Assembly: GCA_964644465.1 (NCBI GenBank)
Contig: CAZXVU010000003.1
Span: forward strand, 1 to 49,138
Source of the DNA: an uncultured bacterium
GTDB lineage: Bacteria > Chlamydiota > Chlamydiia > Chlamydiales > SM23-39
Length of the DNA: 49,138 nt
Reading direction: 5' to 3'
This document shows positions 8,405 through 16,927 of the stretch, piece by piece (the stretch's first letter is position 1; each line of letters begins with the position of its first letter). Below the pieces are notes generated by a model, which was not told the origin of the DNA, made no database searches, and worked only from the letters and a program-made list of their open reading frames with translations. A program made the translations under genes and the position numbers.

Positions 8405-9336
8405 AAGTGCATCCAGAAATAGTTGAAGAAATGGAAAAAGAGAGGGGTGGTGAATGTCAAACTGTCGATCCGGTCGATAATCCCTCCATGGCCGGGCAGC
8501 ATCAAACTCGTATCTTTAATTTTCAGATCTCTTTTCATCGCGGAAAAAGTAACATCGCCTAAAAATCCAGCAACACCAATCAGCAGTCCCGACAATGCAG
8601 CTAAACCTAAAGGAAGAGGCGTCATCAATGGCCCTGCTAAGGCTCCAAATGCCGTGGAAAAGAGAACTCCTCCTAGAAAACCCATCCACGTTTTCCCTGG
8701 AGAAATCTTCGGCAGTATTTTCTTTTTTCCAAACAACTTCCCGGAGATAAATTGGGCGATGTCATTGGCTTGCGTCAAGGTGATCAAATACAGAATGGTA
8801 GAAAGCCTCTGTTCGAGGGGAAAGTCTCTCTCTGTAGGCAAGAAAAACATCGCTCCATGGGCAATGCAAAACACCAAGGTCATCAATCCCCAATGAAAAT
8901 AGGAGAGGGAACGGAGAAAGTTTACGGTATCCCCCGATAGAATCAAGCGGATCGGCAGAAATAAGAAGACATAGATCGGCACAAAAATCAAAGAAAGGAC
9001 GAAATGACCATCCGCAATTAAAAAATATTGGGCTGGAATAGACACATAGGCCCAGAATAAAGTCCTCCGATCTGTAGGGCGGGTCGGAATGATCGAGATA
9101 TATTCTTTAAAAGCCAAAAAGCTAACGATTCCGAAAAACCAAAACATCCCCGTCTTCCCTAACAAGACTGCAGCGCTCAAGACAAGGAGAATAACGGCCC
9201 AGGTATGAATCCGCTCTTTAGTTTCCGTAAACAGTTGGGGATCCATTCTTACCTTCAGTCGATTCAAGATAAACTGACCCAAAAGCGGTAAGGACAGATA
9301 GGTTGCCAGGCAAATTCCAGTAGGGCTTACTAACAT
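8401..9336 (-). CDS. Phosphatidate cytidylyltransferase (CDP-diglyceride synthase) family, CdsA/YnbB-like
   Basis: Full CdsA signature SAMKRDLKIKDTSLMLPGHGGIIDRIDS; multi-pass membrane protein. Confidence 0.85.
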   Translation of the reverse strand: MLVSPTGICLATYLSLPLLGQFILNRLKVRMDPQLFTETKERIHTWAVILLVLSAAVLLGKTGMFWFFGIVSFLAFKEYISIIPTRPTDRRTLFWAYVSIPAQYFLIADGHFVLSLIFVPIYVFLFLPIRLILSGDTVNFLRSLSYFHWGLMTLVFCIAHGAMFFLPTERDFPLEQRLSTILYLITLTQANDIAQFISGKLFGKKKILPKISPGKTWMGFLGGVLFSTAFGALAGPLMTPLPLGLAALSGLLIGVAGFLGDVTFSAMKRDLKIKDTSLMLPGHGGIIDRIDSLTFTTPLFFHFFNYFWMHL

Positions 9337-9917
9337 TGTTGTACTGCCTTCCTGATTCTAAAATAGATTGTGGCGCATAATAAAAGAGCCATGGTGCCAA
9401 AAATGAAGCTTGCCCAAACGTCATTCACTAAATCAAACGCCATCAAAAGACCTAATATCCCAAAGCAAAACGCCCGATCGCTTTTTCCCATGGGTCCGTC
9501 GTAGCGGCGCTCTGCGCCGATGGCTACGGCCAAAATACCCGCCACCTCGCTGAATAAACTCAATGCAATCACAGATCCCATCAGCCAAGGAAACGCAATG
9601 GCAAAGGGCAAATAGAGGAAGAGATCGGACACCATGTCTCCCATCTCATTCAAATACGTTCCCAGACGGCTTTGCATCTGCAATTGCCGCGCCATCATCC
9701 CATCGATGGCATTCAGCGCCATCCGCACTAAGAAGACGATAGGCATCAACCACCAGCTCGAAATCCCAGCCCACATAAAATAGAGCCCGAAGCCCACAGA
9801 GAAAAGAGTTGTGAAGAGGGTCACCTGGTTCGGAGTCGCTCCCATCCGGGACAAAAAACCGATCAAAGGTTGAAGCGCTTTTTGAAAGAGAGGCTTAATT
9901 GAATAAATCGTTATCAT
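9330..9917 (-). CDS. Small CDP-alcohol phosphatidyltransferase family protein (YnbA-like)
   Basis: NAIDGMMARQLQMQSRLGTYLNEMGDMVSD matches D-x2-DG-x2-AR-x8-G-x3-D-x3-D, but Asn sits at the first and third Asp. 195 aa, all membrane. Confidence 0.75.
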   Translation of the reverse strand: MITIYSIKPLFQKALQPLIGFLSRMGATPNQVTLFTTLFSVGFGLYFMWAGISSWWLMPIVFLVRMALNAIDGMMARQLQMQSRLGTYLNEMGDMVSDLFLYLPFAIAFPWLMGSVIALSLFSEVAGILAVAIGAERRYDGPMGKSDRAFCFGILGLLMAFDLVNDVWASFIFGTMALLLCATIYFRIRKAVQQC

Positions 9918-10173
9918 GGCAGAGATTATAAACGATCTGATTTATTCAAATAGACCAAAAAAATCTTTATCCTGGTTTGAGAATAATTGGAAGATCCATC
10001 GACTTCTCAGTTTTTTAAACGATGTGAAGGATACAATGATATGAAGGATAAAAAATTTTTAGAATATCTCCTCTCAATTTTTCCCATCCTTCAAATCGTT
10101 ATATCGTTCTCATCATTGATGTTTTTTGTGAGAATATGAGATAATTTGTACGTATTCTAAAGGAATAAATTGA

Positions 10174-11247
10174 ATGGGAAAATTCTTAGCATTCATGCTC
10201 TTTGCCACCACACTTTTTGCAAATGAGCGTCCCCAGGAACCAAAAGCTCCCTATCCTTATCACGAAGAAGAAGTGAGTTTTGAAAACTCCGCGGATAGCG
10301 TAAAATTGGCAGGAACATTGACATGGCCGGACACCGAAGGCCCATTCCCTGCAGTTGTGCTCTTGCATGGCTCAGCCCCGCTGGATCGCAATTCAACGAT
10401 GTTCGGCCATAAACCGTTCCTTGTCCTCGCCGATCATCTAACCAGGCAAGGAATCGCTGTCTTGCGCTTCGATAAGCGGAGCGCCGGACAATCGACAGGC
10501 GACTATAACTCGGCCAATCTGGAAGATTTTGCACGCGATGCCTTAGCAGCAGTTGACTATCTAAAGACCCGCGAGGAAATCAACCAAATTGGACTCATCG
10601 GCCATAGCGAAGGGGGGATGACCGCCTCTTTGAGCGCATCAAAATCAGAAGATATCTCCTTTATCGTCCTCATGGGAGCCCCCTGTGTGAATTGGGAAGA
10701 ACTCATCAGCATGCAAGAGAGCTTATTGCAGCGAGCTGATGGAGTATCGGAAGAGTCCATCAAGAAAAACCGGAAATTCCGAAAAGAGATATTTGCCGTC
10801 TTGAAGAAAGAGAAAAATCGGGAGATTGCCGAGAAACAATTGAACCAACTCTTCACCAAGCTGAGTGCAGACCAGAGAAAAATCGCCGAAGCCTATTATG
10901 GCCCAAGCGAGGGACAGATCCAATTCTTCAATTCAGTGGGCTTTCGGTACAATTTATCATACGAGCCAGCGGTTACTTTGAAAACGCTTAAAATTCCAGT
11001 GCTGGCGCTGAATGGCGAACTTGACTTCGTAGTGACGCCAGGACAAAATCTTTCCCGCATTGCCAAAACCCTAAAAGAAGCAGAGCATGAAGATTTTACG
11101 ATCATGGAACTACCCAAACTCAATCATGGATTCCAGACGTGTAAAACAGGATCTATGATGGAATGCGCAACGATTGAAGAGACCCTTGCGCCCTCTGCCT
11201 TAAATGCAATATCAGGTTGGATCTTGGAAAGAACTATTCCCCTTTGA
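10174..11247 (+). CDS. Secreted alpha/beta-hydrolase
   Basis: Signal MGKFLAFMLFATTLFA; LLHGSAP, nucleophile elbow GHSEGG, C-terminal LNHGF. Confidence 0.75.
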   Translation: MGKFLAFMLFATTLFANERPQEPKAPYPYHEEEVSFENSADSVKLAGTLTWPDTEGPFPAVVLLHGSAPLDRNSTMFGHKPFLVLADHLTRQGIAVLRFDKRSAGQSTGDYNSANLEDFARDALAAVDYLKTREEINQIGLIGHSEGGMTASLSASKSEDISFIVLMGAPCVNWEELISMQESLLQRADGVSEESIKKNRKFRKEIFAVLKKEKNREIAEKQLNQLFTKLSADQRKIAEAYYGPSEGQIQFFNSVGFRYNLSYEPAVTLKTLKIPVLALNGELDFVVTPGQNLSRIAKTLKEAEHEDFTIMELPKLNHGFQTCKTGSMMECATIEETLAPSALNAISGWILERTIPL

Positions 11248-11608
11248 CCACTTTATCAGCAGCGCTCCTGCGGGGAGTTCCTTGTTCGCTCTTGCTCGTT
11301 CTCCGTCCCCCACGGTTTGATGCACAGCCCCTGCCCCCTCGATTCTGCTGCTGTTGATAATAATTTTGCTGGTAGTTACCGTTGCTGCGGCGATATTCTT
11401 GATTTCTTTGATAATATCGCTGCCGATAGTACGAATCCATTTCTCGGTTTAGCCGTTCAGATTCTTCTTTCTCGTATTCTTTCTTGTATCGGGCCGCTTT
11501 TTCATCTTCATCTTCTTCACCAATTGTCCAGCATCCGCTAGTAGAAAGGCAGAGACCTGAAGCCAGTCCCATCATAGCTAATTTGTATAGACTCTTTTTC
11601 ATCTGCAT
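11234..11608 (-). CDS. Lipoprotein with Q/N/Y/R-rich low-complexity tail
   Basis: MQMKKSLYKLAMMGLASGLCLSTSGC (lipobox-like), then an acidic block, then YYRQRYYQRNQEYRRSNGNYQQNYYQQQQNRGGRG. Confidence 0.55.
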   Translation of the reverse strand: MQMKKSLYKLAMMGLASGLCLSTSGCWTIGEEDEDEKAARYKKEYEKEESERLNREMDSYYRQRYYQRNQEYRRSNGNYQQNYYQQQQNRGGRGCASNRGGRRTSKSEQGTPRRSAADKVVKGE

Positions 11609-11738
11609 CCCTTTAATTAAGGCATTTATTTTTTGCGTAACAAAAAAGGAAGATTAAAACAAGATATAGGACCTTTACAAAAGTTCATTTATTTTATATA
11701 GACTGATTTAAATAGGGAAATCCCCAATAAGGAGCTAT

Positions 11739-12068
11739 ATGAAAGTACAAATATTTGCCGGTTTGCTTTTTTTTGCAGCTGGAACTTGCCTGTCTGCAAA
11801 TGAAGAAGTTGCTATGTCAAAAACCTCAGAGCAATGCGATGCGGAATATGGACAGACAATGGAAAAATGCGATCAAGCTGAAGATAAGTGCGATCAAAAA
11901 GCAAAAGATATGAAACAAAAATGCAAGACGACAAAAGGTGCTGCAAATAAAGTAAAATGCTACCAGGATGCAAAGCAAGCAAAAGATGATTGCGATACAA
12001 TGAAAGATAAGTGCAAACAGAAAGCAAAAATGAACAAAGATAAGTGCAAACAGAAAGCTAAGCCTTAA
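11739..12068 (+). CDS. Small exported Lys/Asp/Cys-rich repeat protein
   Basis: Signal MKVQIFAGLLFFAAGTCLSA; AAGGAG RBS; repeated (D/E)KC(D/K)QKAK units; followed by a terminator. Confidence 0.6.
   Translation: MKVQIFAGLLFFAAGTCLSANEEVAMSKTSEQCDAEYGQTMEKCDQAEDKCDQKAKDMKQKCKTTKGAANKVKCYQDAKQAKDDCDTMKDKCKQKAKMNKDKCKQKAKP
12003..12058 (+). repeat. In-frame tandem repeat inside the K/C-rich gene: 23-nt perfect direct repeat with 33-nt period
   Basis: AAAGATAAGTGCAAACAGAAAGC occurs at 12003-12025 and 12036-12058 (KDKCKQKA twice). A degenerate third copy lies near 11877. Confidence 0.85.
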
Positions 12069-12082
12069 TCGAATATCATTTA

Positions 12083-12108
12083 GGCTGGGTCTCTCCCAGC
12101 CATTTTTC
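12083..12108 (+). terminator. Rho-independent terminator
   Basis: GGCTGGG (12083-12089) / 5-nt loop / CCCAGCC (12095-12101), followed by ATTTTTCT. Confidence 0.65.
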
Positions 12109-12174
12109 TCCTTGATTTTTTCTTCATACATAATAAATATTTCATAAACGAAATCCCATACAGGAGATTCATTT

Positions 12175-12990
12175 ATGAAAAATCGAGTTTTTTTAGTGGC
12201 ATTCCTACTTGTATCGATGTTTGGTTGGTCAGATTCTTTGGATGAATCCAAAGCAATGGAGATTCAGTGCTCGATAAAGCCTATCGATAGGGCGAAAATC
12301 CATCCCAAAGGGAAAGCTTCGAGGACTAAGCTTCAAGCATTCAGCACGAACTGGAGCGGCTATGTTGCTGCCCAAACCTTGAGTCAATCCGCTACAAATT
12401 CTGTTTCCTTTGTCGCAGGCAGCTGGGTTGTCCCAGCGCTTTTGCCGACCCCAGACAACTCTTATTGCGCAATTTGGATTGGAATCGATGGGTATTTAGA
12501 CGGGACCGTTGAACAGATGGGAACGGCTCACGATTGGGTGAATGGGGCCCAGGAAAATTTTGCGTGGTTTGAGATGTACCCAATGGGAGCATTCGAGATC
12601 GGCGGTTTTCCCGCTGATGTTGGAGACCAAATCAGCGTCCATCTTGGTTATAAAGGAAATGATGTCTTTAAATTGGTGATGTTTAATTATACAAAAGGCG
12701 TTTTCACCACCATTCCAACTTCTTACACAACTGCGGCCGGCGTTCAGAGAAGCTCCGCGGAATGGATTGTGGAAGCCCCATTTTCAGGCGGCGTTCTTCC
12801 TTTGTCAGATTTCAAGCCCATCACTTTTAATTATTGCTCTGCGACCATCAATGGCATAACCGGGGCAATCAACAATGGACATTGGGTTGAGGATTCTATC
12901 ACGATGACTGGCAGCGCCGGAATTAAAGCGCAGCCCTCGGTTCTTTTAAAAAATGGGACCGCTTTTACTGTTACTTGGGATCACGAGTAA
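12175..12990 (+). CDS. Peptidase family G1 (eqolisin / glutamic peptidase, Peptidase_A4) prepro-enzyme
   Basis: Signal MKNRVFLVAFLLVSMFG, a ~35-aa pro-region, then the G1 hallmarks STNWSGYVA, AIWIGIDGY, VEQMGT (catalytic Gln position), FAWFEMYP, SSAEWIVEAP (catalytic Glu position), FKPITFNYCSA. Confidence 0.8.
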   Translation: MKNRVFLVAFLLVSMFGWSDSLDESKAMEIQCSIKPIDRAKIHPKGKASRTKLQAFSTNWSGYVAAQTLSQSATNSVSFVAGSWVVPALLPTPDNSYCAIWIGIDGYLDGTVEQMGTAHDWVNGAQENFAWFEMYPMGAFEIGGFPADVGDQISVHLGYKGNDVFKLVMFNYTKGVFTTIPTSYTTAAGVQRSSAEWIVEAPFSGGVLPLSDFKPITFNYCSATINGITGAINNGHWVEDSITMTGSAGIKAQPSVLLKNGTAFTVTWDHE

Positions 12991-12998
12991 CGAGTTAT

Positions 12999-14795
12999 TT
13001 ATGGAGAGGAAAAATCTTTTTTCCTCTTCTCTAAAAGTTCGTAGAGGCTATATAGCTGCTCCTCGAGCTGTTCGATCTGTTTCTGCCTGGCGCCGAGAGC
13101 TTTCAATAACTCTACAGAAGTCCCTCCCTTTTCGAGAAGGCTCTGGTCTTTTTTCTGTTCTTCTTCCAGCTCACTGATTTTTTGCTCGCACTCCTGGATC
13201 TGTTTTTCAATGGGTTTCAATACAGCAGCCCTTTTGGCGATGAAATCTGCCTTTTCTTTCCGAGAATGTGTCTGCGTCGGCGCGCTTTTTTTTGCCGGAG
13301 CATTTTTTTTCTCTTCTTCCCAACCGATTTTTTCCAGGAACTCATCGTAATTGCCGAGAAACAGGGTTTGCTTCCCTTCCTCGCAGAGAATGATCTTGTT
13401 TAAATTCAGCCTTCTTAAGATCAATTCGCTGTGAGTGACCATCACAATCGATCCAGAAAAATCCTCAAGTGCATCGATCAAAGCTTCAATCGATTCGATA
13501 TCGAGGTGATGGGTGGGTTCATCCAAGAGGAGCAAATTGCAAGGTTTAGCCACAATTTTACCCAGCAAAACGCGGCTTTTTTCTCCTCCAGAGAGAACAG
13601 AGATTTTCTTTTCTGAGAGCGCTCCGCTGAACATCATGAGACCAGAAATCCCTTTCACTTCCGTGAAGCTCAAAAGCGGGTTGGCCAGAGAAATTTCCTG
13701 TTCGATGCTATGGAGGCTATTGAGACGATCGACGTGGGTCTGTCCGAAATAGCCAATCTGGGTATTCTCAGAAAATTCCACAGATCCATCATTAGGAACC
13801 AAATCCCGCCCCAGCAAACGGAGCAGCGTCGATTTCCCGCGGCCATTTTTCCCGATGATGGCAATCCGCTCCCCTTTTTCCATTTCTAGAGAAAAATCGT
13901 CGATCAACTGCTCATCTGTATAAGAAAAACGGAGATGCTTTGCATCGAGCATTTTCTTGCCAGGGAATGGAGCTTCGTTGAAAGAAAAAGAAAGTTCAGA
14001 AAGCTGATTGAGTTTTTCTAAAACAGGCTCTCTGGCCATCATTTTTACCCTGGATTGGGCCTGGGCCGCTTTGTTTGCCTTCGCACCAAAACGGTCTACA
14101 AAACTCTGCATGTGAGCCCGTTTCTTATCGGTTTTCAAGCGAGTTTTTTCGTGGACTTCCTCTTCGAGAAGGATCTGCTGGAAAAAATCGAGAGACGACC
14201 CTTTTACCTTTCTCACTTTTTCCCGATGGAGGCCCATAGTATGGGTGGTCACTTTGTCCATAAAATCGCGATCGTGGGAGATCAGAATAAACTCTCCTCT
14301 CCACATCCGCAAAAAGTTCATCAGCCACCGTATAGAGAGGATATCCAGATAGTTGGTCGGCTCATCTAGGAGAAGGCAATCCGGTTCCGAGATCAACACT
14401 TTGGCCAGGTGCAATCGGAGGTGGAACCCTCCGGAAAATTTGGCTGTAGGGGCGTCTAAATCTTCCTCGGTAAATCCAAGCCCGAAGAGAATCTTTTCCG
14501 CTTTATAGAGAAGATCTTCTTCCCCAGGAGGCAACCCCAGAGCAGCTTCTTGGATCAAGCTAGGCTTTGTGAAATGGATATGCTGCCGCAAGAAACCAAT
14601 CCGATAGTTCTTTGGAATGCTTACAGCGCCCTTGTCTGGTTCCATCTCTCCATCAATTAAGCGGAGCAGCGTTGATTTGCCAGAACCATTGCGGCCAACA
14701 AGACCGCACCGCTCTCCTTTTTGGAGAGTGAAAGAAGCATCTTCGAAAAGTGGGTGGCCGGAAAACGCCAGGCCGACGCGGTCAAATTGGATCAT
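12999..14795 (-). CDS. ABC-F family ATPase (two ABC domains, no TM; Uup/YheS-like) with coiled-coil C-terminal tail
   Basis: GRNGSGKST / LSGGFHLR / LLLDEPTNYLD, then GKNGRGKST / LSGGEKSR / LLLDEPTHHLD; Lys/Glu-rich tail. Confidence 0.9.
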   Translation of the reverse strand: MIQFDRVGLAFSGHPLFEDASFTLQKGERCGLVGRNGSGKSTLLRLIDGEMEPDKGAVSIPKNYRIGFLRQHIHFTKPSLIQEAALGLPPGEEDLLYKAEKILFGLGFTEEDLDAPTAKFSGGFHLRLHLAKVLISEPDCLLLDEPTNYLDILSIRWLMNFLRMWRGEFILISHDRDFMDKVTTHTMGLHREKVRKVKGSSLDFFQQILLEEEVHEKTRLKTDKKRAHMQSFVDRFGAKANKAAQAQSRVKMMAREPVLEKLNQLSELSFSFNEAPFPGKKMLDAKHLRFSYTDEQLIDDFSLEMEKGERIAIIGKNGRGKSTLLRLLGRDLVPNDGSVEFSENTQIGYFGQTHVDRLNSLHSIEQEISLANPLLSFTEVKGISGLMMFSGALSEKKISVLSGGEKSRVLLGKIVAKPCNLLLLDEPTHHLDIESIEALIDALEDFSGSIVMVTHSELILRRLNLNKIILCEEGKQTLFLGNYDEFLEKIGWEEEKKNAPAKKSAPTQTHSRKEKADFIAKRAAVLKPIEKQIQECEQKISELEEEQKKDQSLLEKGGTSVELLKALGARQKQIEQLEEQLYSLYELLEKRKKDFSSP

Positions 14796-14971
14796 TGAAG
14801 TAGTTTAATGACTATCGGTTTTCTTTCAAAGTCCTCTGCAAGTTCCAATAATTATTTAGCCATTCATCCACCTTTTAGGTCGGGTTTTTTTTAAATTTCT
14901 TTTAACCGTGCAATAAGAGATCCAAAATGTTATGCTTCTGATCGCAAAAACAACCCAAGTTAAAAAAATCA

Positions 14972-16153
14972 ATGTCAAATTTTGAACAGTTCCAACTTCC
15001 AAATGCCCTTGTCGAAGCTCTCAAGGCCATGAAAATCAATTTACCCACGTCCATTCAAATAGCCGCCATACCTCCGGCTTTGGAAGGCCATGATATTTTA
15101 GCCTCAGCTCAAACAGGCTCTGGCAAAACTGTTGCTTATGCAATCCCTTTGATTGTTAAGCTCTTAAAAAACCCAACTCATACAGCACTTATTTTAACTC
15201 CCACCCGGGAACTTGCCGCGCAAGTACACCAATGCCTCATCGAACTCTCTCCCCATTTTAAAACGGCATTATTGATCGGCGGAGCGCCAATGTTTAAACA
15301 GATAAACGCTCTCAGAAAGCGCCCCCAGCTCATTGTGGGAACGCCAGGAAGGATCAACGACCATCTTCAAAGAAATAGCCTTTCTTTAAAGGAAACCCGC
15401 TTCTTAGTCGTTGATGAAGCTGACCGGATGCTCGATATGGGTTTTGGAATCCAATTAGACAGGATCGCCGAGTTCCTGCCTAAAGATCGGCAAACCTTGA
15501 TGTTTTCAGCCACCTTGCCGCCGAACATCGACAGGCTTTCCAAAAAATATTTAACAACCCCCAAGCGGATCACCATCGAGTCTTCAGTCCAGTCTGCTCC
15601 GAAGATCAAACAAGAGATCATCCGGACAACGAGTGGAGAAAAATTCACGAAGTTATTAGATGAGCTCAATCAACGCAAAGGTTCTATTGTCATATTTACA
15701 AAGACCAAACGGGGCGCGGATCGATTATCTAAAGATCTGAATACTTATGGGCATAATACAAATGCCATCCACGGAGATCTATCTCAGCAGCGGCGCGATC
15801 GAGTGATCCATTCTTTCCGCAATAGCCAGCACCGGATTCTCGTAGCCACAGACGTAGCTGCACGAGGCCTTGATATCCCTCACATTATGCACGTGATCAA
15901 CTATGATCTTCCGCAATGCGCAGAAGATTATATCCACCGGATCGGCAGAACAGGCCGTGCAGGCGCTGAAGGCAACGCCCTTTGTTTTGTATCTCCTGCT
16001 GATAACGGCAAATGGAGAGCGATCGCAAGGCTTGTCAACCCCGAGAGCATTCCCCCCTCTCCTCCATTAGAAAACAGCAAACTGCGTCCCTCTCAGAACC
16101 GTTTTCCAAAAAATCGGTTTAAAAAGAGACCCTTCCGCAGTTTCCAGCGATAA
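14972..16153 (+). CDS. DEAD-box ATP-dependent RNA helicase
   Basis: Q-motif region, AQTGSGKT, PTRELA, VVDEADRML, SAT, HRIGRTGRAG; basic C-terminal tail. Confidence 0.9.
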   Translation: MSNFEQFQLPNALVEALKAMKINLPTSIQIAAIPPALEGHDILASAQTGSGKTVAYAIPLIVKLLKNPTHTALILTPTRELAAQVHQCLIELSPHFKTALLIGGAPMFKQINALRKRPQLIVGTPGRINDHLQRNSLSLKETRFLVVDEADRMLDMGFGIQLDRIAEFLPKDRQTLMFSATLPPNIDRLSKKYLTTPKRITIESSVQSAPKIKQEIIRTTSGEKFTKLLDELNQRKGSIVIFTKTKRGADRLSKDLNTYGHNTNAIHGDLSQQRRDRVIHSFRNSQHRILVATDVAARGLDIPHIMHVINYDLPQCAEDYIHRIGRTGRAGAEGNALCFVSPADNGKWRAIARLVNPESIPPSPPLENSKLRPSQNRFPKNRFKKRPFRSFQR

Positions 16154-16155
16154 CA

Positions 16156-16830
16156 TCAAGGGGTGTTAACTAAGTCTGCGTTTAGCTTGGCTAAAATCAA
16201 GCTTAATGCAACCTGGTTGCGCCCTCCCTTAGGAACGATGATATCGGCATATTGCTTGCTCGGTTCTACAAAAGCATCGTGCATCGGTTTCACAGTCACC
16301 AAATATTGCTCTTTAACACTCTCAAAGTCGCGTGCACGTTCCTTGATATCTCTCTCAATGCGCCGAAGCACACGAATATCATCGTCCGTATCGACATAGA
16401 TTTTCATATCGAACAAGTCTCTGACTTCTGGAGCTGCAAATAAGAGAATCCCTTCAACAATGATCAGTTGGGCAGGTTCTATCCATTTGGTTTCCTGTTC
16501 ACGGCTATGCGTAACAAAGCTGTATATCGGCTGCTCAACGGGAAGGTCATTTTTTAAGTCGATTAGATGTTCCCTCAAAAGAGTAAAGTCCAAAGAAACG
16601 GGATGGTCGAAATTGTTTTTGGCCCTTTCTTGGAGGGATAAATGGGAAAGATCTTTGTAATAGGAGTCTTGGCTGATTAAGATCGCACGATCAGGAAATG
16701 CCTCGTAAATTTTTTCGGCGAGAGTCGTTTTTCCAGAACCTGTTCCCCCTGCGATCCCAATCAGGATTTTCGGAGCCGCAAACAAACAAGAAACCGAAAG
16801 ACAACAAAGAATGACTAACGCTTTAAACAT
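16156..16830 (-). CDS. udk: Uridine kinase with hydrophobic N-terminal extension
   Basis: KILIGIAGGTGSGKTT P-loop, QDSYYKD, NFDHP, IIVEGILLF, RRIERD. GGAGG lies 5 nt upstream of ATG 16830. Confidence 0.85.
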   Translation of the reverse strand: MFKALVILCCLSVSCLFAAPKILIGIAGGTGSGKTTLAEKIYEAFPDRAILISQDSYYKDLSHLSLQERAKNNFDHPVSLDFTLLREHLIDLKNDLPVEQPIYSFVTHSREQETKWIEPAQLIIVEGILLFAAPEVRDLFDMKIYVDTDDDIRVLRRIERDIKERARDFESVKEQYLVTVKPMHDAFVEPSKQYADIIVPKGGRNQVALSLILAKLNADLVNTP

Positions 16831-16927
16831 TTTGACCTCCAGAGTAGCGCGGAAGAATAGAGAATCGGCTAGAAAAATACAATTTTATTCCCCACCGTGG
16901 TATGTCAGAAGTGAAACGGAGTTTTTT

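Noticed and set aside
8423-8896. 157-aa + strand ORF
   Set aside because: It is antisense to the CdsA-family gene, which has a perfect family signature, and it has no motif or RBS.
13005-13027. AGAGGAAAAA-tct-TTTTTCCTCT hairpin just after the G1 peptidase stop
   Set aside because: It lies inside the last codons of the convergent ABC-F gene and is A/T-only apart from three G-C pairs. It is too weak to call a terminator with confidence.
16811-16927. N-terminal 39 codons of the track ORF 16811-17317
   Set aside because: This part overlaps the udk start and its RBS on the other strand. A GGAG-preceded ATG at 16928 is a better start.
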